A stretch of DNA of 64,000 nucleotides from an uncultured delta proteobacterium (GCA_963696385.1 CAVOKF010000007.1:1120001-1184000), one strand, 5' to 3'; shown: positions 1 to 10,739, counted from the stretch's first letter. The notes: generated by a model not told the origin, from the letters alone. Program-made: numbers and translations.

Positions 1-631
1 GCAGCTGCCCTCACCGATCGGTGCGCTCGGCGGACCGCCCGCGCAGCGATCGATGGTTAGGTCCGACCGAGGCGCGGCCGTTGCGAGCTTCACCGCACCC
101 GCCGACTCGCGCTGGGCGACCGAGCAGAGGGCGCGATCGGCCTCGACCTCGAAGCTTCGGGTGACCGTCGCGGACCTGGTGCAACGATACGCCTTGGCAA
201 AAAAACGAGCCGCAGAGGCCCAGTCGGACGAGGAGACGGCGAAAGCCCAGCGAAAGTCCCTCGACCAATGGTTGGGTCGTCGCGTCGGAACCCGAACCGC
301 CGCGGTCGAGGAGGCGCGAAGCGAAGTGCGCCGCCAGAGGGTCGCCGTCGCGCGGCGCGCCGTCGTGGATCGCGAAGCGTTCGGGGTCGCCTTCGATGCC
401 CAACGCGATCGACTGGCGACGCTGGAACTGGCGGCTCAGTCCGCACTGCGTGACGTCATGGTGCACCAGGCCGCACTGGAAGTCCCCGACCGACGGGCGT
501 TACGTTCCGGGATCACGGTATGGGTGCTCGCGGCGCTTCTGGGTCTCTTGCTTGTCGCGGCGCCGATCGTGTGGCGGGCAACTCGGGTCGTCGATGCACC
601 CCCACCCAAGACGACCGAACCCCATCGGTGA
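1..631 (+). CDS. hypothetical membrane-anchored protein, 5'-partial (coiled-coil region then C-terminal TM helix)
   Basis: Frame is open from position 2 to the TGA at 629-631; Ala/Arg-rich helical region followed by hydrophobic ITVWVLAALLGLLLVAAPIVW. Confidence 0.55.
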   Translation, partial: QLPSPIGALGGPPAQRSMVRSDRGAAVASFTAPADSRWATEQRARSASTSKLRVTVADLVQRYALAKKRAAEAQSDEETAKAQRKSLDQWLGRRVGTRTAAVEEARSEVRRQRVAVARRAVVDREAFGVAFDAQRDRLATLELAAQSALRDVMVHQAALEVPDRRALRSGITVWVLAALLGLLLVAAPIVWRATRVVDAPPPKTTEPHR

Positions 632-661
632 CGGCTGCTGGCTCCGGCCGCTCCACCTGGC

Positions 662-1720
662 TCAGCTTGCCAATGCCTCTGCGGCGGTAACGTCGTCGAT
701 GGCCCCCTGGCCGTGCAAAGCGGCGACCGCCATCTGGAACGTCTGCATTCCATAGGGATGCGTGCCCTTCTCCATGAGGCTCTTCAGCGAGGGGTTGTTC
801 TCGGGTCTGCGAATGCTTTCGCGCACCGATTGGGACGCGACGATCACCTCGGCGGCCAGGACCACTCCGTCTCCGTCCGCGCGACGCAGCAGGCGCTGAG
901 CGATGATCCCGCGGAGGCAACTCGCGATACGGAAGCGGCTTTCCAAGGGGTCACCGTGCATGAGGGCCAGCATCCGGCTGATGGTTCGAGCAGCATCACT
1001 CGTGTGGAGCGTCGCCAGGACGAGATGGCCGGTCTCCGCGGCGCGCAGTGCGATCTCCATCGTCTCGTCATCGCGGATCTCGCCAACGAAAACGACGTCG
1101 GGATCCTGGCGGAGCGCCGCGCGCAGCGCCGCCGCAAAACTGGAAGTGTCGAGGCCGACTTCGCGCTGACTGATGCTCGACAACCGGTCACGGTGAAGAA
1201 ATTCGATGGGGTCCTCGATGGTGACGATGTGGAGCGCACGGGTGGCGTTGAGGTGCCCGATCATGGCCGCGATCGATGTACTCTTGCCGTTGCCGGCCGC
1301 TCCCACCACGAGAACCATGCCGTTGTCCTTCTCGGCAAGCTCATAGGCCACCGGAATCGGAAGGCCCAACGCTTCGACAGAGGGAATCTCGACGGGAATG
1401 ATGCGCATCACCACAGCCAGACTTCCGCGCTGTCGATAGACGTTGACGCGAAAACGGCCGATGCCGTCGGCGAAGTACGAAGTGTCGTACTCTTTGAGAT
1501 CGTCCAAGCGGGCGAGCACCTCCGGCTTCGAGATGACCCACTTCGCCACGGCCAACGTGTCGTTTGGGGTGATCTTGTCCGTTCGGAAGTAGATCATGTC
1601 GCCGCGAATGCGTGCGCCGGGGGGCTGGCCCACTTTGATGTGCACGTCGCGGGCCTTGCCCTGAATGGCTTTCGAGAGCAGCGCGCGAAAGAAATTTTCG
1701 TCGGCGTACGCGCTCATCAC
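662..1720 (-). CDS. pilT: PilT/PilU-family type IV pilus retraction ATPase
   Basis: RFRVNVYRQRG, Walker A GAAGNGKST, TIEDPIE, AALRQDPD, GEIRD, AETGHLVLATLH, GMQT; probably one of several pilT paralogues. Confidence 0.9.
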   Translation of the reverse strand: MMSAYADENFFRALLSKAIQGKARDVHIKVGQPPGARIRGDMIYFRTDKITPNDTLAVAKWVISKPEVLARLDDLKEYDTSYFADGIGRFRVNVYRQRGSLAVVMRIIPVEIPSVEALGLPIPVAYELAEKDNGMVLVVGAAGNGKSTSIAAMIGHLNATRALHIVTIEDPIEFLHRDRLSSISQREVGLDTSSFAAALRAALRQDPDVVFVGEIRDDETMEIALRAAETGHLVLATLHTSDAARTISRMLALMHGDPLESRFRIASCLRGIIAQRLLRRADGDGVVLAAEVIVASQSVRESIRRPENNPSLKSLMEKGTHPYGMQTFQMAVAALHGQGAIDDVTAAEALAS

Positions 1721-1807
1721 GACATCATGTTAACATGGCGCCCATGGGTGCGTGGCCATCGCCCATGCTGCCGACACGTCCAGCGTGTGCACTGAGACCG
1801 TGTTCAC

Positions 1808-2347
1808 TCAGATCGAAGCGTCGCTCGTTCCATCGAGAATGCCCACGTACGGCAGGTTCCTGTAACGCTCGTCAAAGTCGAGCCCGTAGCCGACCAAGAA
1901 CCGGTCTTCGACCGTGAATCCCAAATAGTCGATCTGTGAGGCGACGCGGGCCCGCGCCGGCTTGTGGAGAAGTGCGCAGACCCGAACGCTCGCCGGGCCG
2001 CGGGTGGACAACAACCTCATCAGATGTCCGATCGTCAGTCCCGTGTCGATGATGTCCTCGACGAGAAGGACGTCGCTTTGTTCGATCGGCTGAGACAAAT
2101 CTTGCGTGATTTGTACGACACCGCTCGTCTCCGTACCCTGCCCGTAGGAACGCACGCCGAGAAAATCGATGTGCAGCGGCAAATCGATGGCACGGGCCAG
2201 GTCGGCGGCGAACACGAAGCTGCCCTTGAGCACGCAAACCAGAACCAGATTTCGGCCGGCGTAGTCCCGGGTGATCTCGGCCCCCAGTTCGCGGACGCGC
2301 TGGCCAATCCGATCGGCCGAGATGAGCGGCTGTACGCGATCGGGCAT
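1808..2347 (-). CDS. hpt: hypoxanthine phosphoribosyltransferase
   Basis: VLKGSFVFAADL, PRPP motif VLLVEDIIDTGLT, FLVGYGLD..ERYRNLPY. Confidence 0.95.
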   Translation of the reverse strand: MPDRVQPLISADRIGQRVRELGAEITRDYAGRNLVLVCVLKGSFVFAADLARAIDLPLHIDFLGVRSYGQGTETSGVVQITQDLSQPIEQSDVLLVEDIIDTGLTIGHLMRLLSTRGPASVRVCALLHKPARARVASQIDYLGFTVEDRFLVGYGLDFDERYRNLPYVGILDGTSDASI

Positions 2348-2627
2348 GCCCAGGTCATCGTTTAAGGAGGTCGGGGTCGCGCGTCAATGCGGAGGCTGTC
2401 TCGACCCCGTCCGTCCTAGCCATAGATTAGCCATCGCGGAGAGCCCCGAACCGTTGGCTCCCATCGGCTTTTTGCGACTTTCCCGCCGCTCGCGGTGTTG
2501 CTCCTCCTCACGATGCTGCGGCATTCCTCGTGGGCGCCCCCTGTGAGAGGCCAAAGCCTTGAAATCCTCGGCCCGCCGACGTCGTCGGCGCTCTAGTGTT
2601 CCTGCGCGAACGAATTATATTGCCGCG

Positions 2628-3245
2628 ATGCAGGGAGAATCGAGAGGGACAGATGGCCGAAACGGCCAGGGCTCCGACGCGGGGGCTGCCGAATCGGCGG
2701 AGGTTACGAGCGCCGACGAGGCGGCGACTTCGTCCCGCGCGCCGGACGATGCCTTGGCTCAAGCTCTGGCCGAAGCGGCGCGATTGAAAGAGGTATGGAT
2801 CCGTACCGCGGCGGACTTCGATAACTTCCGGAAGCGAACGCGTCGCGAGATCGACGACGCGCGCCGCTCGGGGCGCGAAGATCTCGTTCGATCGCTTCTT
2901 CCGGTCTTCGACAACCTGGAGCGAGCGCTTCAGAGCGCTCAACGCTCGACGGACGTGAAAGCGATGGCCGATGGCCTATCGATGGTGCAACGCCAGTTCG
3001 TCGATGCGCTCGGGCGCGACGGAATCGCACGTGTTCCGACAGTAGGGCACTCTTTTGACCCGACCATTCACGAAGCCATTCAACAGGTGGAGACGGAAGC
3101 TCACGCGCCCGGTACGATCCTCGCCGAGGTTCAGCCAGGGTACAAGGTCGGGGAGAAGCTGCTGCGGGCCGCGATGGTCGTCGTCGCAAGAGCGAAGGCA
3201 AGCGAGGAAGGCGATGTCGATAGGGCAGGCGAACCGCGGCATTGA
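2628..3245 (+). CDS. grpE: nucleotide exchange factor GrpE
   Basis: ADFDNFRKR, LLPVFDNLERA, FDPTIHEAI, QPGY..LLRAAMVVV; start placed at ATG 2628. Confidence 0.93.
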   Translation: MQGESRGTDGRNGQGSDAGAAESAEVTSADEAATSSRAPDDALAQALAEAARLKEVWIRTAADFDNFRKRTRREIDDARRSGREDLVRSLLPVFDNLERALQSAQRSTDVKAMADGLSMVQRQFVDALGRDGIARVPTVGHSFDPTIHEAIQQVETEAHAPGTILAEVQPGYKVGEKLLRAAMVVVARAKASEEGDVDRAGEPRH

Positions 3246-3298
3246 GCGCCCCATCGCACGGAGCGCTAAGGGGGTCGCGTTGAGCGCCGAGAGGATGA

Positions 3299-5152
3299 AT
3301 GGGCCGCATTATCGGGATTGACCTCGGAACGACGAACTCGTGCGTCGCGGTCGCTGAGACTTCTGCCAACGGAAAGCTCGAAGTCCGAATTATCCCGAAC
3401 GCGGACGGCGCGCGGACGACTCCTTCGATTGTCGCCTTCGCGGCGACCGGCGAACGCCTCGTCGGTCAGCCCGCCAAGCGGCAGGCCGTCACCAACCCGG
3501 CGAATACGGTTTATTCCGTCAAGCGCTTGATGGGACAGAAATTCGCGCACCCGGAAGTGACGCGTCAAGGCGGAATCGTCCCCTACAAGATTGTCGAGGC
3601 TCCGAACGGCGATGCGTGGGTGCAGGTCGCCGCCCGCGGCATGTCGCCCCCGGAGATCAGCGCAATCGTTCTCGCGGCGATGCGGGAGGTCGCCGAGGCG
3701 TTCCTGGGTGAGAAGGTGACCGAAGCCGTCGTGACCGTCCCTGCGTACTTCGACGATGCGCAGCGCCAGGCAACCAAGGATGCCGGCAGGATTGCGGGGC
3801 TGGATGTCAAGAGAATACTGAACGAGCCGACCGCCGCGGCGCTGGCGTATGGACTGGACAAGAAGGATTCGGAACGCGTCGCGGTGTACGACCTCGGCGG
3901 CGGCACGTTCGACATCTCGATTCTCGAAATTCGAAATGGCGTCTTCAGCGTCAAAGCAACGAATGGCGACACTCATCTCGGAGGCGAGGACTTCGATCGG
4001 CGCATCATCGACAGCGTCGCGGACATCTTCGAGAAAGAGCATCACGTCGACTTGCGCAAGGACAACGTAGCGCTCCAGCGACTCAAGGAAGCTGCGGAAC
4101 GGGCAAAGCACGAACTGTCGTCGTCTCTCGAGACGGAAATCAATCTGCCGTTTATCGCGCAAAGCGCCGCAGGAGAGCCCCTGCACATCGTCCGACCGAT
4201 GACCCGGACGGAGCTCGAGCTGCTCACGCTCGACCTGGTCGAGCGCACGCTGGAGCCTTGCGAAAAGGCGTTGATCGACGCAAAGCTTACCCCCTCCGAC
4301 ATCCACACCGTCATTCTCGTCGGCGGAATGACGCGAATGCCCGCCGTTCAGAAGACGGTGAAGCGATTCTTCGGCAAGGACCCGAACAAGGGTGTGAACC
4401 CGGACGAGGTGGTTGCCGCAGGAGCGGCACTTCAGGGCGCCGCACTCATCGACGACAAGGTCGAAGTCCTGCTCCTCGACGTGACGCCTCTCTCGTTGGG
4501 CGTCGAGACGGGCGGTGGCGTTTTCACGCCGCTCATCGCGCGAAATACCACCGTGCCGACCGAGAAGAGCGAGATTTTCACGACCAGCGTCGACAATCAG
4601 CCGTTCGTGCCGGTGCACATCCTGCAGGGCGAGCGAAAAATGGCGGCCGACAATCGGAGCCTCGCGCGCTTCGAGCTCGCGGGCATTCCGCCGGCCCCTC
4701 GCGGTGTTCCGAAAATCCAGGTCGCTTTTCGGATCGACGCGGACGGGATGGTCAACGTCGAAGCCAAAGATCTCGGCACCGGTAAGGCACAATCGGTCCG
4801 CGTCAAGCCGACCAGCGGGCTTTCGCCGGAGCAAGTCGAGCAGCTCGTGAGCGACGCCGCCAAGTTTCGGTTTGCCGACGAACTGCGCCGCGAGCTGGCC
4901 GAGCTTCGGAATCAGGCTGAAACTCTGCTCTATACGACCGAGGCCGCGCTCGATGGCTATGCGAACCTGGTCGATGGGGCGATGCTGGACGACACCCGGG
5001 CATTCGCACGCGAATTGCGCGGATTGCTGGAGGGCCGCGCGGAACTGGCGCAGATCCGCGACGCGTACCAGAAACTCGAAACTCAGACATTCGCCATCGC
5101 GGAAAAAATGTACGGGGACGCGGGCGAAGGCGCGCCTCCCGCCACGACCTGA
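3299..5152 (+). CDS. dnaK: molecular chaperone DnaK (Hsp70)
   Basis: [48 protein letters not shown] upstream. Confidence 0.96.
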   Translation: MGRIIGIDLGTTNSCVAVAETSANGKLEVRIIPNADGARTTPSIVAFAATGERLVGQPAKRQAVTNPANTVYSVKRLMGQKFAHPEVTRQGGIVPYKIVEAPNGDAWVQVAARGMSPPEISAIVLAAMREVAEAFLGEKVTEAVVTVPAYFDDAQRQATKDAGRIAGLDVKRILNEPTAAALAYGLDKKDSERVAVYDLGGGTFDISILEIRNGVFSVKATNGDTHLGGEDFDRRIIDSVADIFEKEHHVDLRKDNVALQRLKEAAERAKHELSSSLETEINLPFIAQSAAGEPLHIVRPMTRTELELLTLDLVERTLEPCEKALIDAKLTPSDIHTVILVGGMTRMPAVQKTVKRFFGKDPNKGVNPDEVVAAGAALQGAALIDDKVEVLLLDVTPLSLGVETGGGVFTPLIARNTTVPTEKSEIFTTSVDNQPFVPVHILQGERKMAADNRSLARFELAGIPPAPRGVPKIQVAFRIDADGMVNVEAKDLGTGKAQSVRVKPTSGLSPEQVEQLVSDAAKFRFADELRRELAELRNQAETLLYTTEAALDGYANLVDGAMLDDTRAFARELRGLLEGRAELAQIRDAYQKLETQTFAIAEKMYGDAGEGAPPATT

Positions 5153-5223
5153 GCCGGCGCCCCGGGGCCACCCGGGGCTCCCGCCCAATCCCGCTCTCGT
5201 CCGCGCCTAGCGAAAAAAAAACG

Positions 5224-5532
5224 CTATTGAATCAGGTCCTTGAGTGCCTTCAGCGCAGTCGCGCGGACCTTCTTCTGAGCGGGCTTACCCTTGATTACAA
5301 TCGGCTGTTTCGTGAAAGGATTGATTCCCGGGCGATCCTTGGTTGCGGGCTTCTTGATTGCGCGCAGCTTCAGTAGACCCGGGATCACGAACTCGCCGTT
5401 CGGCTTGCGCAGTTCTTTCTTGATCAACTCGGTCAGACCATCAAAAACGCGACCGACACTTTTCTTATCGAGCTCGGAATAATCCGCGATCTCGGTAAGC
5501 ACCTGCGCCTTCGTCAAACGCTTTGCAGACAT
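5224..5532 (-). CDS. HU/IHF-family DNA-binding protein
   Basis: Basic 102-aa protein LTKAQVLTEIA...PGLLKL...GINPFTKQPI; SD-like GGAGGAAGG upstream of ATG 5532. Confidence 0.88.
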   Translation of the reverse strand: MSAKRLTKAQVLTEIADYSELDKKSVGRVFDGLTELIKKELRKPNGEFVIPGLLKLRAIKKPATKDRPGINPFTKQPIVIKGKPAQKKVRATALKALKDLIQ

Positions 5533-5788
5533 GGGCCTTCCTCCTACGACTCGCTTCCAATTCAACGTCATCCGAACCGACGATCGGCATTCGGCGATTC
5601 GCCGAATGCGCGTCGGGTGCATGAGAACGCGCCCCGCGGCGGTTTCAGTGCGAAGACGACTAGCACCGTGATTTCTCGCTCCGCAAGGGAAAAACAGCCG
5701 GTTTCCTGATTTCCGGAGACGAACATCGGCCACTCTACCGGGTCGGCGCGCCGATCCTATGGCGCAGAACACGGGAAAGTCCCTGTCG

Positions 5789-6346
5789 TTACCGCATCGT
5801 GCGCGACGTTTTGCGCACGATTGAATCGGCATTGATCGCGGCCCTAATCCTCTTTTTGGCGCCCTTCGAGGGCGCTCGCAGACCGCGCGGAGCGCGCGCT
5901 GCTGCTGCTGCCTCGTCGGCGGCGGCGCAAAGTCGGGCCGTTTCCCGGCGCATGCGCCGCCCGTCCGCCGGCTTCTGATGATCCCAGCCGAGCAGATGCA
6001 GCAGCCCATGAGCGAGCAGCATCGTCAGTTCGGCAACGAGGTTGCGGCCGCGTGCGACCGCCTGGCGGCGCGCGGTAGGTATACTCACGACGACGTCGCC
6101 CAACAGGCGTGCGTGGGCCCCCGCGATTCGGCCTTCGATCTGGGAGAATGCGAGAACGTCCGTGGGCCGATTCTTCTTTCGATAGATTCGGTTCAGATCC
6201 TTGATTTGATTGTCGTCCGTCAGGACAACGGATAGCTCGGCCCGCGGCATCTGAACCGCACCGAGCATGGCACGTGCGCGTCGGGCGAGGTCGGCGGGTG
6301 ACAAGCCGGCGTAGGGGCCCCCTTCGACGATCAAGCGCACGGGCAC
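5789..6346 (-). CDS. ybeY: rRNA maturation RNase YbeY
   Basis: LNRIYRKKNRPTDVLAF, LGDVVVS, HGLLHLLGWDH; start GTG 6346 is approximate. Confidence 0.9.
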   Translation of the reverse strand: MPVRLIVEGGPYAGLSPADLARRARAMLGAVQMPRAELSVVLTDDNQIKDLNRIYRKKNRPTDVLAFSQIEGRIAGAHARLLGDVVVSIPTARRQAVARGRNLVAELTMLLAHGLLHLLGWDHQKPADGRRMRRETARLCAAADEAAAAARAPRGLRAPSKGAKKRIRAAINADSIVRKTSRTMR

Positions 6347-6392
6347 GAGGAGCGCCGTTACGCCTGCACGCCCCGGGTGTAAAGGAGAAGAC

Positions 6393-7112
6393 GTGGTCGG
6401 GGCGTGCATCATCGTGCCAGCGTTCGAGGCTTCCGCGACGATCGGTGGGGTCGTCGGCGACTTGCGCCGCAAGATGGACGTACCGTTCATCGTCGTCGAC
6501 GATGGTTCGACCGATGCGACCGGCGAAGTCGCGGCGTGCTCCGGCGCGCTCGTCGTCCGACACGAGCAGAACCTCGGCAAAGGAGCGGCTCTGCGCACGG
6601 GTCTTCGGGAAGCTGCGCGGCGGGGCTTACGCGTCGCCGTCACCGTCGACGCCGATGGGCAGCACCCCTCGCATTCCGCCGAGGTCGTGCTGGGCGCCCC
6701 AGAAGATCCCCGTACCCTGGTCCTCGGCGTTCGCGACCTCGTGCGCGACGGTGCCCCGACGAGTAACCAATTCGGCAACCGGGTGTCGAACGTCTTTCTG
6801 TCGTGCTTCGCCGGACGCCGACTGCGCGACACGCAGTGCGGACTGCGCCGCTACCCCGTCCGAGAGACGCTGGCGCTCGGCTCGCGGGCCAACGGCTATG
6901 CCTTCGAAGCGGAGGTCATCCTGCGCGCAATCGCCGGGGGCCTGCCCATCGCGCAAGTGCCGGTCGAGGTCGTCTACCCGCCCGTCGGCGCTGGACACAG
7001 TCACTTCCGCCGGATGGTCGACCCCACGAGGATCGTCTTGCGGATCGCATCGACGGTCGTCGAGCTCGGGCTGCGGCGCTCGTGGCTTGCCCTGGCCGCC
7101 CGAGGACGATGA
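6393..7112 (+). CDS. glycosyltransferase family 2 (DPM1-like)
   Basis: IIVPAF, VVDDGSTD, NLGKGAA, DADGQH, DTQCGLR, YAFEAE. Confidence 0.88.
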   Translation: MVGACIIVPAFEASATIGGVVGDLRRKMDVPFIVVDDGSTDATGEVAACSGALVVRHEQNLGKGAALRTGLREAARRGLRVAVTVDADGQHPSHSAEVVLGAPEDPRTLVLGVRDLVRDGAPTSNQFGNRVSNVFLSCFAGRRLRDTQCGLRRYPVRETLALGSRANGYAFEAEVILRAIAGGLPIAQVPVEVVYPPVGAGHSHFRRMVDPTRIVLRIASTVVELGLRRSWLALAARGR

Positions 7113-7744
7113 CGTCGAACATCCCGCGACGAGCCTGCCTGCTGGCGTCGGGAGCTCTTCTGCTGTCGCGTCGGTCTCGAGCCGAACCGGTGGTCGACGC
7201 GGCGCTGGCTCGCATCGACAGCGCGCGGTCGACCGTGCGAACCATCCAAGGGCCCTTTACGCAAGTCCGGACGATTGGACTGCTCTTGGCCGATGTGCGC
7301 TCTCGCGGCACGTTGGCTCTCGTTCGTCCCGATCGACTGCGCTGGACGCTCGACCCGCCGGACGACGTCACATTCTGGATGGGCCCCGAGGGACTTGCGT
7401 ATCGCGGGCCGCACGGTCAGGGACGGCTTCCGGCCACGACCGCGCGAATCGCGGCGGCGCTCGACGACATGCGCGCTCTGCTCGGTGGCGATCTGTCGAG
7501 ACTGCGCGAACGATGGCTCCTGCGGGTTCTGAGAGACGACGCGGCCGGTGTCGAGCTCGAGGCCGTGGCGCGCGCGAGCGGGGACACCCAGCTACGCAGT
7601 ATGCGCTTCGCGTTGGCGGCCAATCGGGTGCGCCCGACGCGCGTTCTCTTCGTCGAAGGCACCCACGATCGAACGGCCATCGACTTCGGCGACTTGGTCG
7701 TGAACGCAGCGATTGACGACGCGTGGATGCGACCGCCCCCATGA
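7109..7744 (+). CDS. LolA-like outer-membrane lipoprotein carrier family protein
   Basis: ATGA overlap with the GT2 gene; signal-like N-terminus with RR; FTQVR...SRGTLALVRPDRLRW LolA-like pattern. Confidence 0.7.
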   Translation: MTSNIPRRACLLASGALLLSRRSRAEPVVDAALARIDSARSTVRTIQGPFTQVRTIGLLLADVRSRGTLALVRPDRLRWTLDPPDDVTFWMGPEGLAYRGPHGQGRLPATTARIAAALDDMRALLGGDLSRLRERWLLRVLRDDAAGVELEAVARASGDTQLRSMRFALAANRVRPTRVLFVEGTHDRTAIDFGDLVVNAAIDDAWMRPPP

Positions 7745-7905
7745 CGTGAGGGCCGACGGGCCCGGATGCGTCGCTCCGCGAAGACGGGCTTGGACGGGCG
7801 GTCGCCCCCGGGGGCCCTTGCGTCCCCGCTGCGGCGCTGCGCGAGAAATCCCGATCCGACAGGCCCGCGTATCCGCGCCGCACGCGGCCGTTTATCATGA
7901 CCGCC

Positions 7906-8697
7906 ATGCCGGAAGACCCGACCAGGCAGCGATTGCTTCGGCTCTTGCGCCGAACCTCCCACGAGCGGCGCCCACGCTCCGAGCCGGCAACGCCCGACCA
8001 AAGCGCTATGTGGAGCGCGCACGAACGGGCGCTCGTGCGCGTGCGCGACGCCGGGGCAGCCTCCCAGCGAATCACGGCAACCGCAGGCCGTCAGCGCAGC
8101 GCGGTCGACGCGGCCGTAGAGCGAACGCGTGCGTTGGCGGCCCGAGTCGCCGAACTTCAGGCCGGAACCTCGCGTGCGCTCGACGCGTTCGAGCGGCTGA
8201 GCCTCGTGGCGCTCAATGCCGGACTCGAGGGTGCGCGTCTCGGGCAGTCGGACGGCAAGCCGCTCGCGCTCGTCGCCGACGACGTCCGCTCTCACGCGTC
8301 GCGCGGCGCCGACGCGGCACGCGATCTGGGCACCCATCTTGGACAGCTGACGTCGGAATTGGGTCAGCTGGAATCTCAAATGGCTCAAGCGCAGAGCGTT
8401 GTCGCCGAAGTGGCCCAAGACTCCGCGCGAGGCGCGGGCGCTGCGAGCGACGCCGAGGTCGCGCTCATCGACATGGGTGAGCGGGTCAAGAAGGCGACCG
8501 GCAGCGATCCGGAGATCGTGCGCGCCACAGCCGAGGTCGCCGATCGAGCAAGGGCGCTCGTTGCTTCGCTGTCGGCCTTGAACGGAAAGGTCCCCCATTC
8601 CTTGCTCGTCGGCGCGCTGCGCCCCGCCGTCGAAAGTCTGGCGCACTGGCTCGTCGGCGACGGAGATCCGACCGTCGACCGGAGCCGGGGAGTATGA
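7906..8697 (+). CDS. short soluble methyl-accepting chemotaxis-like protein
   Basis: Divergent MCP hairpin tip LSLVALNAGLEGARLG..GKPLALVADDVR; no TM or sensor domain; start ATG 7906 (or 7897). Confidence 0.75.
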   Translation: MPEDPTRQRLLRLLRRTSHERRPRSEPATPDQSAMWSAHERALVRVRDAGAASQRITATAGRQRSAVDAAVERTRALAARVAELQAGTSRALDAFERLSLVALNAGLEGARLGQSDGKPLALVADDVRSHASRGADAARDLGTHLGQLTSELGQLESQMAQAQSVVAEVAQDSARGAGAASDAEVALIDMGERVKKATGSDPEIVRATAEVADRARALVASLSALNGKVPHSLLVGALRPAVESLAHWLVGDGDPTVDRSRGV

Positions 8698-10739
8698 CCG
8701 AATCGGATCCTGAATTGTCGCGCTTGCTCATTCAGGAGCTCGCGATTCACCTCGCAGCGCTCGAAACGGACGAGCGCGACGGCCCCCGCGCCCTGCGCGC
8801 CCTCCACGCGCTGAAAGGCAGCGCGAGCGTTGCCGGTGAGCGCGATTTGGCCGCGGCTCTCGATCGCCTATCGAGGCGCGCCCGGGAAGGCGACGACAGC
8901 GCTTTCGACGCGGCCGCCGACATCGTGCGCGTGGCGATGGGTCGCCTCTCGTCCGGCAAGGGCGCCTGTCCCACGAGCTGGCCCGTACCGCCCGAGGGCC
9001 TGGTGGCGCGTCCGCTCGAAGCGCACGCGCGAGTGCAGTACGCGGCCGAGGTCACCGATCGGCTCGCGGGCATCGATGAGGCTCTGGGGGCCGGCGACGA
9101 TCCGGTCGAGACGGCCCGCACGCTGTTTCGTCACGTCCACACGATGAAGGGGGCTGCGAGCGCGGTCGGCGACGAGCCGATGGCATGGTTCTGCCACGGT
9201 TTGGAGGAAAAACTGCGCCCGGGCGCCTCGATCCTCGCGCCACGAGCTGCCATCCACGAGGTAGGACGATGGCGTCCTCTGATCGGCGCCCTGCTCGACG
9301 AGCCTGCAACCGCACTCGCGATGCTGGCTCGAAGCGTGCCCTCGTCCGAGCCAAGGCTGCCCGACGATTTGTCGAATGGGCCCCGCCCCGAGCCGCCCCC
9401 GCGCGCATCCGCCTTCGATGAAGCGACGGCTACGATCCGGGTCCCCACCGCCGACGTCGACCGTCTGCTCGATCGCCTGGACGTCATCGACCGAGCGCGT
9501 GAGCGGATCGCGTCACGCTCGGAGCGCGGACGCGAGTCCGCCGATGCGGTCAGGAAGCTTCGGGCCTCACTGGTGGACGCGCTCCGCCTGATCGGCGCCC
9601 CCAGGCCCTGGGGCGCACCCGCGGCCGCGTTGCAGTACGTCGAAGGTGTCGCCCGGGCGCTCGAATCGTTCGGCGACGAGCTGGACGCGGCTTCGGCGCG
9701 GCTCCGCACGACCGAGCAGATGCTGCGCGACGGGGTCGCTGAGGCGAAAAAGCAGCTCTCTACGATGCGGCAAACGAGTGTGGGACACATCTTCGCGCGT
9801 CTGACGACGGCTATCGAATCCGAGGCTCGCCGGAGCGGCCGCGCGGTGATCGTCCGCACGCGGGGTGCGGACGAAGCGATCGACAGGCGAATCGCCGAGC
9901 AGCTCGTCGAGCCGTGCCTGCAGCTGGTGCGCAACGCGGTCGCCCACGGGATCGAGCCCCCTCAGGCGAGAGCGGCCCTGGGCAAAGTGCCCAGTGGAAC
10001 GATCGCGCTGGTCGCACGCAAGATCGGAAACCGGCTGAGACTGACGATTGCCGACGACGGCGCCGGCGTCGACCTGGTCGACGTCCGAGCGCGCGCCCTG
10101 GCGGCCGGCCTCGTCACCCCGGCCATCGCCGAGTCGACCGACGACGATACGCTCCTTTCGCTCCTCTTTTTTCCCGGCTTCTCGACACGAGAGACGACCG
10201 ACCTACTGGCCGGACGCGGCATCGGGCTCGACATCGCCAGGGCCGGCATACAGCGCATGGGTGGCGCGATCACCCTCTCCAGCCGAGCCGGAGAAGGGTT
10301 CAGTGCGCGTGTCGAAGTCCCGATCGAAAGCGGCTTCGTCTCCGTGCTCTGGATTCGCGCAGGCAACGAAGAGTTCGCGCTGCCGACCGCGAACGCGCGG
10401 CGGGTCCGTAAGATGGAGACAACCGATCCTGCCGTACCGCACATCCTCGCCTGCCTGGGCGGTCCCAGCTCCGCGGCGCGCTACGCCGTCGAGCTCGACT
10501 TGCAAGCGGACGATGCGCCTGAGCCCGCCATTCAGGTGGGTGTGGATGACGTCGGGCGCACCGACGAGTTGCTGATTCGGCCGCTCGGGTCCCTGGTGGC
10601 CGGGCTTGGCCTCTTTGCAGGCGCGATCGTGCGCGGCGACGGGTCGCTTCGCCTGGCGATTGATGCGTCCGCACTGGCGCCCCGAGCGCGAGCGCTCGTC
10701 GCGGCGCACGCCACGACGCTGCCCGCGTCGGCCAGATGA
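8694..10739 (+). CDS. cheA: CheA-like histidine kinase with two Hpt domains
   Basis: LHALKGSA and VHTMKGAA Hpt motifs; IRVP..DVDRLL; QLVRNAVAHGIE, DDGAG, FFPGFST, GRGIGLD; CheW-like C-terminus; ATGA overlap with the MCP gene. Confidence 0.85.
   Translation: MTESDPELSRLLIQELAIHLAALETDERDGPRALRALHALKGSASVAGERDLAAALDRLSRRAREGDDSAFDAAADIVRVAMGRLSSGKGACPTSWPVPPEGLVARPLEAHARVQYAAEVTDRLAGIDEALGAGDDPVETARTLFRHVHTMKGAASAVGDEPMAWFCHGLEEKLRPGASILAPRAAIHEVGRWRPLIGALLDEPATALAMLARSVPSSEPRLPDDLSNGPRPEPPPRASAFDEATATIRVPTADVDRLLDRLDVIDRARERIASRSERGRESADAVRKLRASLVDALRLIGAPRPWGAPAAALQYVEGVARALESFGDELDAASARLRTTEQMLRDGVAEAKKQLSTMRQTSVGHIFARLTTAIESEARRSGRAVIVRTRGADEAIDRRIAEQLVEPCLQLVRNAVAHGIEPPQARAALGKVPSGTIALVARKIGNRLRLTIADDGAGVDLVDVRARALAAGLVTPAIAESTDDDTLLSLLFFPGFSTRETTDLLAGRGIGLDIARAGIQRMGGAITLSSRAGEGFSARVEVPIESGFVSVLWIRAGNEEFALPTANARRVRKMETTDPAVPHILACLGGPSSAARYAVELDLQADDAPEPAIQVGVDDVGRTDELLIRPLGSLVAGLGLFAGAIVRGDGSLRLAIDASALAPRARALVAAHATTLPASAR

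Noticed and set aside
2348..2627. Possible CIRCE/heat-shock operator upstream of grpE
   Set aside because: No TTAGCACTC-N9-GAGTGCTAA; only a short TAGCCAT direct repeat
3266..5188. 640-aa ORF antisense to dnaK (likewise 713-1795, 10741-13401, 46146-47945, 59975-61828 and others)
   Set aside because: Shadow ORFs expected from high-GC codon bias opposite well-supported genes; no recognisable motifs
5208..5226. TAGCG-A9-CGCTA between dnaK and the HU gene as an intrinsic terminator
   Set aside because: The A/T run forms the loop instead of following a GC stem, so the geometry does not fit
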